Below are positions 10,338-19,822 of a stretch of 64,000 bases of DNA, piece by piece. Made by a program: the position numbers and the translations under genes. Origin of the DNA: an uncultured bacterium (lineage in GTDB: Bacteria; Patescibacteriota; JAHJAL01). The notes below the pieces were generated by a model. The model ran no database searches. It worked only from the letters and a program-made list of their open reading frames with translations, and was not told the origin of the DNA. Location of the stretch: contig CALKWM010000041.1 of assembly GCA_938004065.1 (NCBI GenBank), positions 26,889 to 90,888 of the forward strand. The letters run 5' to 3'. How positions within the stretch are numbered: the first letter of the stretch is position 1; every line of letters starts with the position of its first letter.

Positions 10338-10405
10338 TATTTGATATGTTTGATAAGTTTTACTTAAGTTTTTATTAAACATTTCTTAATCTCTAAATTA
10401 TTATC

Positions 10406-10954
10406 ATGAGAGTATCTGCCGGAAAATTCAAAGGACGAAACCTCCACTTTCCCAGAAACATCCGCCCATCCTCCCAGCTTCACAAAAAAGTAATCTTTGA
10501 TACCATTCGACCCTTCCTCACTAATTCCACTTTTTTGGATCTCTACGCCGGTAGTGGCCAAATCGGTATTGAAGCGTTATCACAAGGAGCGCTTCGCATA
10601 ACTTTTGTTGAAAAAAACAAACTCAGCATCAAATCCGTCACCTCAAATCTACAAAATTGTTCGATAGAAAACAAATATTACCAAATCATTCACTCCAACG
10701 TTTCATCTTTTTTATCCAAAACTGATGAGCAATTTGACATAATCTTCGCCGACCCGCCATACCTAAACGTGAACTGGCATGATTTCGAACAAATCTCAAA
10801 ACTGATGACACTAGGCAGTATTTTTATCCTAAAATACTCACCTAAAAATCCGCCTCCCGATTTCCCCGGACTTACCGTCTTCAAAACAAAAGACTTCCAA
10901 GACACCAACCTAAAATTTTATCGAGTATCAAGTTCTAATTTCTGTGACTTGTAA
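10406..10954 (+). CDS. rsmD: 16S rRNA m2G966 methyltransferase RsmD
   Basis: MRVSAGKFKGR, IRPS, FLDLYAGSGQIGIEALSQGA, DIIFADPPY. Confidence 0.92.
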   Translation: MRVSAGKFKGRNLHFPRNIRPSSQLHKKVIFDTIRPFLTNSTFLDLYAGSGQIGIEALSQGALRITFVEKNKLSIKSVTSNLQNCSIENKYYQIIHSNVSSFLSKTDEQFDIIFADPPYLNVNWHDFEQISKLMTLGSIFILKYSPKNPPPDFPGLTVFKTKDFQDTNLKFYRVSSSNFCDL

Positions 10955-11014
10955 CTTGATACTTCACAACCTGATCTGTAATTGCTCAATTATTAATTTA
11001 GCTTACATATAAAA

Positions 11015-11662
11015 TTGTCCAATTTACTATTAAAATTCTATCCCTACCTCACCACATTTCTCGGTATTACACTCATAATTGCCTTTTTCATCATATTTTA
11101 CGACTTTACCAAACCTTTCCCCGATCCGATTCAAATCATCAATTCTAGCGAATGCCAAGCATCCGACAATACTGAAATTATTGAAGATAAAGATAACAAG
11201 GATTCAACTGACAAATTAACCATTTACCTATCCGGTGCCGTGCAAAACCCGGGAGAATACCAATTAATTCCCGGTTCGATTGTCTATGACGCCATTACCA
11301 TGGCCGGTGGCCTGAAAGACACGGCTAATTTAGTAAATTCTCAAATCAATACATCTGGTCTGATTACAGATCAAATGTCAATCTACATTCCAGGTGAAAA
11401 TGATCAAACTACATCCAATACTCCGGCCTTCATAACCGATATGGACAATTACTCAAACAATTCAAATAATTCAAATCTTATCAACATTAACACCGCCGAC
11501 AAAACTAAACTGATGGAACTGACCGGAGTAGGGGAAGTCACTGCCCAAAAAATCATTGATTATCGTTCTTCAAATCCATTTGACAATATCGAGGAAATAA
11601 TGGAAGTCAAAGGAATTGGTGAAAAAAGCTTCGCCAAAATCAAAGACCAAATCACAACATGA
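11015..11662 (+). CDS. comEA: ComEA DNA-binding competence protein (SLBB + HhH)
   Basis: TM, YLSGAVQNPGEY, ININTA, LTGVGEVTAQKIIDYR, VKGIGEK. Confidence 0.92.
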   Translation: MSNLLLKFYPYLTTFLGITLIIAFFIIFYDFTKPFPDPIQIINSSECQASDNTEIIEDKDNKDSTDKLTIYLSGAVQNPGEYQLIPGSIVYDAITMAGGLKDTANLVNSQINTSGLITDQMSIYIPGENDQTTSNTPAFITDMDNYSNNSNNSNLININTADKTKLMELTGVGEVTAQKIIDYRSSNPFDNIEEIMEVKGIGEKSFAKIKDQITT

Positions 11663-11663
11663 T

Positions 11664-11689
11664 AAACACCGGCTATAAAGCTGGTGTTT
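11664..11689. terminator. Hairpin between convergent comEA and tRNA
   Basis: aaacaccggct ataa agctggtgttt. Confidence 0.55.
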
Positions 11690-11726
11690 CTCATATCTTT
11701 CAAAGATTACAACTTACATCAGTAAA

Positions 11727-11810
11727 TGGGGGCGGAGAGACTCGAACTCACACAGGTATTACCCCACTTGGTCCTAAGCCAAGCGCGTCTACCAATTCCG
11801 CCACGCCCCC
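11727..11810 (-). tRNA. tRNA-Leu (anticodon TAG), CCA not encoded
   Basis: Reverse complement GGGGGCGTGGCGGAATTGGTAGACGCGCTTGGCTTAGGACCAAGTGGGGTAATACCTGTGTGAGTTCGAGTCTCTCCGCCCCCA: 7-bp acceptor stem, CTTGG/CCAAG anticodon stem, long variable arm, TTCGA loop. Confidence 0.96.
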
Positions 11811-11954
11811 TTACAAACTAAAACAGTTACCCATAACTATTTTTATTAGCACAATCTAACCGTAAATACATTTTAACAAATTTTTGGCCACAAATAAATA
11901 TCTTATGTATTACAATATCAATGTGACATATATTCTCTTTCAAAGATTGCTTTA

Positions 11955-12680
11955 ATGATAATAAATACATACAAACCAATCGGGATTACTTCATACGACG
12001 TGATAAGGATTTTGAAATTTATCCTACATCATCCGAAACTGTATTCCGATATTTCTACTTGGAAAGATATCATCGATAACTATCAAGGCGGCAAAATCGG
12101 CCATGCCGGCACTCTTGACCCCTTTGCCGAAGGTGTCTTGGTCGTATGCACTGACCAGGACACCAAAAAAATCTCCGATATCCAATCTCAATCAAAAGAA
12201 TACATTGCCAATATCAATCTTGGATCCATATCCAATACATATGACGTGGATGGAGATATTACACCCGTACGGGCGGACCCATGTGTCCGCCCTACAAAAA
12301 AAATAATTCAAAACACTCTCAATTCCCATTTCACCGGTGAAATCTTGCAAACACCACCTGCTTTTTCCGCCAAAAAAATCAACGGTAAACGTGCCTATGA
12401 TCTGGCAAGAGCCGGAAAAAGTGTAAAACTTGACCGTAAAAAAGTGGTAGTATATAACATAGGTGTTAATAAATATGATTATCCCGATTTGGAATTGATC
12501 ATAAATTGCGGATCCGGAACATACATTCGCTCCATTGCCCATGACCTGGGCCAACTATTGCATGTGGGAGCATATTGTCATTCACTAATTCGCACTAAAA
12601 TAGGGGAGTATGCTATCAAAAATTCCCTCCATTTACCGGAAAATGAAATCAAATATATTTTAAACAAAAAAAATGCTTAA
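11955..12680 (+). CDS. truB: tRNA pseudouridine(55) synthase TruB
   Basis: KPIGITSYDV, KIGHAGTLDPFAEGVL, PPAFSAKKINGKRAYDLARAG, CGSGTYIRS. Confidence 0.95.
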   Translation: MIINTYKPIGITSYDVIRILKFILHHPKLYSDISTWKDIIDNYQGGKIGHAGTLDPFAEGVLVVCTDQDTKKISDIQSQSKEYIANINLGSISNTYDVDGDITPVRADPCVRPTKKIIQNTLNSHFTGEILQTPPAFSAKKINGKRAYDLARAGKSVKLDRKKVVVYNIGVNKYDYPDLELIINCGSGTYIRSIAHDLGQLLHVGAYCHSLIRTKIGEYAIKNSLHLPENEIKYILNKKNA

Positions 12681-13731
12681 TTATCTTTTATTATTCCTCC
12701 TGATTATCGCCATCCTTATTTTGCTTTACATTGCCTATCAATTGACATTCAATCGACCGAGCGAAAACAAAGATGATAGTCAATCCAATTTGATGCTACA
12801 AAATCAACTGCAAGATTTGACCAAACAATTATCTGATCGTATGCGAGAAACCAATGAAAGACTGGATAAGACATACGCCTCATCCAGCCAGATTTCTCAA
12901 GACACTCACAAGACTCTGCAACAAGTTACCGCCAAATTGGTTCAACTTGACGAAACCAACAAACAGGTTGTAAATTTTGCCACCCAACTGCAAAGCTTGG
13001 AAAATATTCTGAAAAATCCAAAACAGAGAGGAGTTTTAGGCGAATACTTTTTGGAAACGCTTTTGAACAATGTTTTGCAACCCAATCAATATCAAATGCA
13101 ATACAAATTTAGCAATGGTGAAATTGTTGATGCCGCCATATTTGTCAAAGATACCATTATCCCCGTCGATGCCAAATTTTCTCTGGAAAAATTTAATATA
13201 ATTCAAGACACAAAAGACAAACAAGAACGAGCTAAACTGGAAAATGAGTTTAAAATTGATATCAAAAACCGTATTGACGAAACCGCCAAATACATTCGGC
13301 CAAGCGAAAATACCACCGAATTTGCTTTCATGTTTATACCGGCCGAAGGAGTATTTTACAACCTCTTGATATACAAAGTTGGCACCACCGATATTTCTTC
13401 CAAAGACTTGATCGAATATGCTTTTTCTAAAAGAGTTATCATAGTTTCTCCGACATCGTTTTTCGCTTATTTGCAAACCGTCTTGCAAGCTTTGAAATCA
13501 CTCCGAGTCGAAGAATCCGTCAAAGATATCATTAAACACGTGCAAAACTTGGACCGACATGTGAAAACCTATGACAATATCTACAATGGCATTGGCAAAA
13601 ATCTTGCCACCGTAATCAACAAATACAATGACGGATACAAAGAGCTAAAAAAAATCGATAAAGATGTGGCTCACATCACCAGCGGGGAATCTACCATCGA
13701 ACCACTTGCTCTCGATAAACCAAATTTATAA
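12673..13731 (+). CDS. rmuC: DNA recombination protein RmuC
   Basis: N-terminal TM and coiled coil, KQRGVLGE, VDAKF, FAFMFIPAEG, IVSPTS. Confidence 0.92.
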   Translation: MLNYLLLFLLIIAILILLYIAYQLTFNRPSENKDDSQSNLMLQNQLQDLTKQLSDRMRETNERLDKTYASSSQISQDTHKTLQQVTAKLVQLDETNKQVVNFATQLQSLENILKNPKQRGVLGEYFLETLLNNVLQPNQYQMQYKFSNGEIVDAAIFVKDTIIPVDAKFSLEKFNIIQDTKDKQERAKLENEFKIDIKNRIDETAKYIRPSENTTEFAFMFIPAEGVFYNLLIYKVGTTDISSKDLIEYAFSKRVIIVSPTSFFAYLQTVLQALKSLRVEESVKDIIKHVQNLDRHVKTYDNIYNGIGKNLATVINKYNDGYKELKKIDKDVAHITSGESTIEPLALDKPNL

Positions 13732-13753
13732 ACTCTCTTCATCATCCCTATAT

Positions 13754-13850
13754 GTACGGGCGACCCTTGCCTGTCCGCCTTGGGTGGGCGGTCGCCCTCG
13801 TGCTTTTATAGCGGACCCTTTACTTGCCCGCCGATGAGGCGGGCGGTCGA
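13754..13850. repeat. GTAC/GTAG-type REP-like palindromes with nested hairpins
   Basis: gtacgggcgacc...ggtcgccc (13754-13797) and a second gacc...cccgccgatgaggcggg...ggtc unit. Confidence 0.7.
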
Positions 13851-13927
13851 CTAAAAAGAACTATAATCATCCAAAACACTCATAACAAGCACATTGTCGT
13901 CAATGTGATACTTTTATCATAAAACAA

Positions 13928-13957
13928 TTGACATTTATAGCATAAAAATGCTACAAT
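13928..13957 (+). promoter_or_regulatory. Sigma70 promoter of the rpiB-rpe-tkt operon with overlapping palindrome
   Basis: TTGACA (13928) - 18 bp - TACAAT (13952) with TG extension; TAGCAT-AAAA-ATGCTA at 13938-13953. Confidence 0.7.
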
Positions 13958-13977
13958 AACAGGATTAAAAAAATATT

Positions 13978-14433
13978 ATGTCAAAAACAAAAACAAATAC
14001 CAAATCGATCATACATATTGCCTCCGATCATCGCGGTTATATCTTGAAATATGAATTGAAGAAATACTTACAAAAAAATAATTTTAAAATCATTGATCAT
14101 GGTAATCACGAATATCAAGTACGCGACGATTACCCGGACTTTGCCAAAGCACTATGCAAAACCATACAGAAAAAACCATCTGATTTTGGCATCTTGATTT
14201 GCGGTTCCGGAATCGGGATGGCTATTGTTGCCAATAGATATTCCAAAATTCGAGCCGCCAATTGCTGGCATGCAAAAGTTGCCGAATCGGCCAGAAATGA
14301 TGACGATGCCAATATTTTGGTACTTCCGGCAGACTTTATCACCAAAACACAAGCCATGGAAACTGTCAAAAAATTTTTACATACCAAATTCTCCGCTAAA
14401 ACAAAACACATCCGGAGATTGAAAAAAATATAA
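13978..14433 (+). CDS. rpiB: Ribose-5-phosphate isomerase B
   Basis: IASDHRG, DYPDFA, GILICGSGIGM.IVANR. Confidence 0.95.
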   Translation: MSKTKTNTKSIIHIASDHRGYILKYELKKYLQKNNFKIIDHGNHEYQVRDDYPDFAKALCKTIQKKPSDFGILICGSGIGMAIVANRYSKIRAANCWHAKVAESARNDDDANILVLPADFITKTQAMETVKKFLHTKFSAKTKHIRRLKKI

Positions 14434-14441
14434 AAACAAAA

Positions 14442-15095
14442 ATGACAAAAAAAATCTTAATTCCGGCCATTTTAGCCCACGACGCCAATCAATTGGAGTC
14501 ATTGATCGCTAGAGTTGAAGATCTGGTTGAATACATCCAAATCGACTACATGGATGGCAAATTCGTCAAAGAAAAAAGCAAATTCGACTATCGTGATTTC
14601 TATCGCATCAATCCCGTGGCTAAGCCGGAATTGCATCTGATGGTTGAACATCCGGAAAAAGTCATCGAAAACTGGATAGCGGCCGGAATCGAGAAATTTA
14701 TCATACATGCCGAAGCGCCGACAAATTGGGACAAAATACGCGAAATATATGAAGATAATTACATCAAACTTTATATTGCTCTCAATCCCGACACGCCCAT
14801 CAATAAAATAACCGACAAAATGCAAATAATTGACGGAATTACTGTCATGGGAGTAAATCCCGGTCAAGGCCGCCAGAAATTTTTACCCAAAGTATTGGGA
14901 AAGATAAAAGCACTGCGTAACCGATATCCGGAATTAAACATTCAAATAGATGGTGGTATGCATACCAAACCCACCAATACGATCAGACAGGCCATCTTGG
15001 CCGGTGCCAACGAAATAGTCGCCGGTTCCGAGATTTTTATGTCGGCTGACATTATGAAAAAAATTGATGAACTGTATCATGAATTGAAGATATAA
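14442..15095 (+). CDS. rpe: Ribulose-phosphate 3-epimerase
   Basis: IDYMDGKFV, ELHLMV, ALNPDTP, VMGVNPG..Q.F, IQIDGG, VAGS. Confidence 0.93.
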   Translation: MTKKILIPAILAHDANQLESLIARVEDLVEYIQIDYMDGKFVKEKSKFDYRDFYRINPVAKPELHLMVEHPEKVIENWIAAGIEKFIIHAEAPTNWDKIREIYEDNYIKLYIALNPDTPINKITDKMQIIDGITVMGVNPGQGRQKFLPKVLGKIKALRNRYPELNIQIDGGMHTKPTNTIRQAILAGANEIVAGSEIFMSADIMKKIDELYHELKI

Positions 15096-15099
15096 ACAA

Positions 15100-15921
15100 A
15101 TGGAAAAACTCACTCAAAAACAACTCAAAGAAATAGCCAATGATATTCGTCGCGATATCATAAAAATGTTAGCGCGTGCCGGCTCCGGACACACAGCCGG
15201 TTCACTCGGTATGGCTGATGTATTTACCGCCCTTTATTTCAATATTTTGAATCATAATCCGAAAAATCCCAAGTGGCCGAATCGAGACCGCTTGATTCTC
15301 TCAAATGGCCATATTTGCCCGGTTTTATACGCCACATTGGCACACGCCGGCTATTTTCCTAAAAAAGATTTATCAACCCTCCGCCAACTTGGTAGTGGAT
15401 TGCAAGGGCATCCTCATCGGGGCTCTTTACCCGGTATTGAAAACACTTCCGGCCCGCTTGGTCAGGGATTGTCTCAATCCTGCGGTATGGCTCAAGCAGC
15501 CAAACTTGATGGAGAAAAACATCGTATATATTGTTTAACCTCCGATGGTGAACACAATGAAGGTCAAACCTGGGAAGCCATCATGTACGCCGGCAAATAC
15601 AAAATCAACAATTTAACCCAGATCATCGACCGTAACAATATCCAGATCGATGGCCACACCGAAAATGTGATGCCTCTGGAACCTCTTCGCAAAAAATATG
15701 AAGCATTTGGTTGGTATGTGATCGATATCGATGGTCACAATATGGAAGAAATTATCGACGCCTGCAATCATGCCAAGGCCGTTTATGAAAAACCCACTTT
15801 AATAATCGCCCACACTATCCCCGGCAAGGGAGTTGATTTCATGGAGAACGATCCTAAATGGCATGGCATCCCACCCACACCCGAACAAGCCAAACAAGCA
15901 CTAAAACAATTGGAGAAATAA
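15100..15921 (+). CDS. Transketolase, N-terminal subunit
   Basis: GSGHTAGSL, DRLILSNGH, LQGHP, GPLGQG, SDGEHNEG, HTIPGKG. Confidence 0.95.
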   Translation: MEKLTQKQLKEIANDIRRDIIKMLARAGSGHTAGSLGMADVFTALYFNILNHNPKNPKWPNRDRLILSNGHICPVLYATLAHAGYFPKKDLSTLRQLGSGLQGHPHRGSLPGIENTSGPLGQGLSQSCGMAQAAKLDGEKHRIYCLTSDGEHNEGQTWEAIMYAGKYKINNLTQIIDRNNIQIDGHTENVMPLEPLRKKYEAFGWYVIDIDGHNMEEIIDACNHAKAVYEKPTLIIAHTIPGKGVDFMENDPKWHGIPPTPEQAKQALKQLEK

Positions 15922-16215
15922 ATGGGATATTTTTTTAGAATAATAATCTGGTTTTCATATCTAGGAATAATAACAAAAATTGACCACAAATATACATATC
16001 TTATTCTCGCTTTTTTAGATACAATAATTGGAATTATTCTCGATTTAATATCTCATGATTATGGTGAAAATTCATCTTTGTACAATCTATTTTTCTTAAT
16101 ATTTTTTGTTACAATTGTATTTATCAAAAACACAGTATATTTTTATTTACTACAAAAATCAGTTGGCACCTTTTGGTTCTATTTAATATTTCTTTTTGGG
16201 TTCTTATTTATCTAA
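15922..16215 (+). CDS. Small hydrophobic membrane protein (hypothetical)
   Basis: 97-aa ORF abutting the tkt-N stop; several hydrophobic stretches; very AT-rich. Confidence 0.45.
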   Translation: MGYFFRIIIWFSYLGIITKIDHKYTYLILAFLDTIIGIILDLISHDYGENSSLYNLFFLIFFVTIVFIKNTVYFYLLQKSVGTFWFYLIFLFGFLFI

Positions 16216-16303
16216 AAACGAATCTATTACATAGAGAAAAGAATTTAGAAAATATCATAACCAAGCCCTACTACAACAAAAAAACATAAGTTAATAATAT
16301 ATT

Positions 16304-17560
16304 ATGGAACCTCAAACTAACAAAGACAATTCATCAACATTTCCAAGTATTGGTCAGGTATTTACCAATTCATGGAAAACTTACAAAGAAAATTTTGGTA
16401 AATTTATTGCTGTTGCAGTTTTTATCTTGATATCCTATCTAGTTCTTTTTCTTATTACACAATACAGTGATTTTATATTGTCAATTATTGGCAATCAATC
16501 TGAAAACAATATTATTTATGCTTTACAGATTTTTGCAGTAATATCCTATCTTGTTTTAATAATTCTATATATTATCGCCATCATCAACTGGCAAACATAT
16601 TCCGTAATCTACATTTTCAAAAACAGAAATAACAACCCGAACGCAATCGAAGCCGTGAAATATGCGATCAAAAAAACCGGTACCGCTATTTGGACCAACC
16701 TGATTAAAAGCATCATTATCTTTGGAGGCAATTTATTGTTGGGCATTCCCGGACTAATACTAACAATCAATACCGTATTCTCAGATATTAGTATTGTTTA
16801 TAATCAGACCTCCGGTTATCAAGCACTATCAACCAGCCGGTATTATGCCAATGGCAAATGGTGGAGAATATTATTCTTTGTATTTTTACTGGGAGTAATA
16901 TATGGAACTTTATACCAAATTCAAGATATCGCAAACTTAATCCTCGAAAAAATAAACATTGTTAGTTATGTTCAAACAATTATCGATTATGTATTTATTT
17001 TTGTTTTCTCCGTATTGCTACCATTTTCAATAATTGTTCTGGGGCATATCTATGAATACCTACAACTCGAAAAATCACCGCCCTCTGAAGAAATAATTAT
17101 CAAAGATCGAAAAAAACTTATCTGGTATTTGGTGGGATCAATTCTATCAGTAATTGCAATCATGGTAATATTTATTGGCATGATTGGACTAATTCTAAGT
17201 CTCTATATCAATAATAACCCTTCAAAAAATTTGGATACAAATACCACCGAAGAATTATCTGATGATGTTAAATATCCTTATGGCATGACTATTGATCAAG
17301 AATTGGATAAATCGATTGAAAATATCAATCAATCCTTAAACAATTATTTTCAAGAGAATAATTATTTTCCATATTCCAACAATATTTCCACAGCAATAAC
17401 CGATGACTTCGAAATCCCTTATCAATGCGGGACCATCAACCAACCCGCTGAATTTTGCGGTATAAACTATCTATGGATCTCACCGGATAAATACCAACTG
17501 GAAATTAATTATTTCTCTGAAATAGACCAAACTGTCACATCGGTCCCAATATCCAAATAA
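16304..17560 (+). CDS. Polytopic membrane protein with C-terminal extracellular domain
   Basis: SWKTYKENF...LLGIPG...ALSTSRYYANGKWWRI pattern of DUF975/GPDPase-membrane-like proteins; about 7 TM; C-terminal LNNYFQENNYFP. Confidence 0.7.
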   Translation: MEPQTNKDNSSTFPSIGQVFTNSWKTYKENFGKFIAVAVFILISYLVLFLITQYSDFILSIIGNQSENNIIYALQIFAVISYLVLIILYIIAIINWQTYSVIYIFKNRNNNPNAIEAVKYAIKKTGTAIWTNLIKSIIIFGGNLLLGIPGLILTINTVFSDISIVYNQTSGYQALSTSRYYANGKWWRILFFVFLLGVIYGTLYQIQDIANLILEKINIVSYVQTIIDYVFIFVFSVLLPFSIIVLGHIYEYLQLEKSPPSEEIIIKDRKKLIWYLVGSILSVIAIMVIFIGMIGLILSLYINNNPSKNLDTNTTEELSDDVKYPYGMTIDQELDKSIENINQSLNNYFQENNYFPYSNNISTAITDDFEIPYQCGTINQPAEFCGINYLWISPDKYQLEINYFSEIDQTVTSVPISK

Positions 17561-17579
17561 TTTCCCATACACATATACA

Positions 17580-18554
17580 ATGAAAAACAAAACCAAAAAA
17601 ATCAGAAAGCAAATATTTATCGAATCAATTCCAACCAGAAATGGTTACGGCGATGCTTTATTGGAATTAGGCAAAACCAATTCCAATGTCGTGGTTTTAA
17701 GCGGTGACCTGACCGAATCCACTCGGGCTGATAAATTTGCTAAAGAATATCCAAACAGATTTTTTCAATGCGGCGTAGCCGAACAAAATATGATGGGTAT
17801 TGCTGTCGGTATGGCCGTGGAAGGAAAAATTCCCTTCGTCTCCAGTTATGCTGTTTTTAATCCCGGCCGCAACTGGGATCAATTGCGCACCAATGTCTGT
17901 TACAACAACACAAATGTGAAAATTATCGGTGCTCACACCGGCGTATCAGTCGGTCCTGACGGTGCGACTCACCAAGCACTAGAAGACATTGCCATCACAC
18001 GTGTCCTGCCAAATTTAGTGGTTATCGCCCCTTTGGACTACCATGAAACCTACAAAGCCACTATCGCCGCCGCCAATTTTGATGGACCGGTCTATATCCG
18101 TTTCGCTCGTGAAAAAACTCCCCTTATCACCAATCCAAAAACATCATTTCAAATTGGCAAAGCAAATATTTTGAAACCGGGAACAGATATTACACTCATT
18201 GGTTGTGGACCAGTTCTAGCCAATGGATTAAAAGCGGCACATGAAATGGAAAAACAAGGTATATCAGTAGAAGTGATAAATTCTCACACCATCAAACCAC
18301 TCGATACTAAAACTATATTAAAATCAGTCAAAAAAACAAATCAAGTTATAACTCTTGAAGAACATCAAATTACCGGAGGTCTGGGGGGAGCTGTCTGCGA
18401 ATATTTGTCCGAGGTATATCCCGTCCCGATACACAGAATCGGCATGCCCGACACTTTTGGCGAATCAGGAACCCCAAACGAACTAATCGCCAAATACGGC
18501 ATGGACACTCAATCAATAACCAAAACTATCAAAATCTTTATAAATAATAAATAA
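17580..18554 (+). CDS. Transketolase, C-terminal subunit
   Basis: GVAEQNM, GPDGATHQALED, GPVYIR, IKPLD, LEEHQITGGLG, FGESG. Confidence 0.95.
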   Translation: MKNKTKKIRKQIFIESIPTRNGYGDALLELGKTNSNVVVLSGDLTESTRADKFAKEYPNRFFQCGVAEQNMMGIAVGMAVEGKIPFVSSYAVFNPGRNWDQLRTNVCYNNTNVKIIGAHTGVSVGPDGATHQALEDIAITRVLPNLVVIAPLDYHETYKATIAAANFDGPVYIRFAREKTPLITNPKTSFQIGKANILKPGTDITLIGCGPVLANGLKAAHEMEKQGISVEVINSHTIKPLDTKTILKSVKKTNQVITLEEHQITGGLGGAVCEYLSEVYPVPIHRIGMPDTFGESGTPNELIAKYGMDTQSITKTIKIFINNK

Positions 18555-18661
18555 TCGTCCCAAGATCATCGAGGGACACCACACTTGGATATTGATACTT
18601 GAAACTTGATACTTTCTAAACTAATAAATATTTCTCAATAAATATAATATCTTTTACCACC

Positions 18662-19636
18662 ATGAAACTCGACATTTTATCAATCGGCGACTGCACTATC
18701 GATGTTTTTCTCACACTGGTTGAGGGAAATGTGCAATGCAGTATTGACAAAAATTATTGCCAAATATGTTTTAACTATGGTGACAAAATTCCGGTTCGTG
18801 AAGTTATTCAAATTCCAGGAACCGGCAACGCCGCCAACCTGGCAATCGGCGCCAGTCGCTTGGGACTCAAAAGCGGCATCAATTGCATTATCGGCAACAA
18901 AACAGTTGGCGAAGCAATTATCAACAATTTCAAAAATGAAAAAGTAAATATCAAATATCTAATCAAAGATTTGAAATCTCCAACCAACTATTCCGCCATC
19001 CTAAACTATAAAGGCGAACGTACGATTTTCTCTCATCACGAGGATCGCCATTATCACCTCCCAAAAATTATCATCCCACCAAAATGGATATATCTGACAT
19101 CTGTTGGTCATGGTTATGAAAATCTCTACCAAAAAGTGGTTAAATATTGCCAAACCCATAATGTAAAATTGGGCTTTAATCCGGGTACTCTACAAATACG
19201 AAACGGTCTTTCAAAAATTAAAAATGTTATCGATCAGTCACAAGTGATCTTGGTCAACAAAGAAGAAGCCAACATGATACTAAATACTTCCAAAAAAGAC
19301 ATCAAATCACTACTTAAAAAACTCTTTGATCTCGGTCCCGATTATGCCGTTATCACCGATGGTCAAAATGGCGCGTATTCTTTTGACGGACATGAATTCA
19401 TCCACATACCCGCCACAAAAACAAATGTAGTTGAAAGAACCGGCGCCGGCGATGCTTTCTCAACCGGATTTATCTCCGCTATCATTCACGGTAAAAATCA
19501 TCGGGAAGCACTTGTTTGGGGCACGATGAACTCCGACGAAGTTATCAAATTTGTAGGTCCGCAAAAAGGACTTTTGACTTTGAAAAAAATAAAACACAAA
19601 GTCAAAAGTTGTCCGGTAAAAGTAAAAAATATCTAA
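18662..19636 (+). CDS. PfkB-family carbohydrate kinase
   Basis: GNAANLAIGASRLG, FNPG, VNKEEA, ITDGQNGA, ERTGAGDAF. Confidence 0.92.
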   Translation: MKLDILSIGDCTIDVFLTLVEGNVQCSIDKNYCQICFNYGDKIPVREVIQIPGTGNAANLAIGASRLGLKSGINCIIGNKTVGEAIINNFKNEKVNIKYLIKDLKSPTNYSAILNYKGERTIFSHHEDRHYHLPKIIIPPKWIYLTSVGHGYENLYQKVVKYCQTHNVKLGFNPGTLQIRNGLSKIKNVIDQSQVILVNKEEANMILNTSKKDIKSLLKKLFDLGPDYAVITDGQNGAYSFDGHEFIHIPATKTNVVERTGAGDAFSTGFISAIIHGKNHREALVWGTMNSDEVIKFVGPQKGLLTLKKIKHKVKSCPVKVKNI

Positions 19637-19646
19637 AAATATCACA

Positions 19647-19742
19647 ATGGAAATAAAAATCAAAATCAGTAAAAGTTCTATCAAAAGACTGCAACTTACT
19701 TTGGCCAGTATCGTATTATGTACAATATTATTTCTTTTCTAA
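19647..19742 (+). CDS. Candidate 31-aa small membrane peptide MEIKIKISKSSIKRLQLTLASIVLCTILFLF
   Basis: ATG 10 bp after the pfkB stop; basic N-terminus and hydrophobic C-terminus; below ORF-track cutoff. Confidence 0.3.
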   Translation: MEIKIKISKSSIKRLQLTLASIVLCTILFLF

Positions 19743-19822
19743 AAACATTATCAATAATTTAACCATTTAACAATTTATCAATATTCATTTTTTTACAATA
19801 TTTCAATAAAACAAATATCATC

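Noticed and set aside
11659-11859. 66-aa ORF after comEA
   Set aside because: It is the antisense reading of tRNA-Leu.
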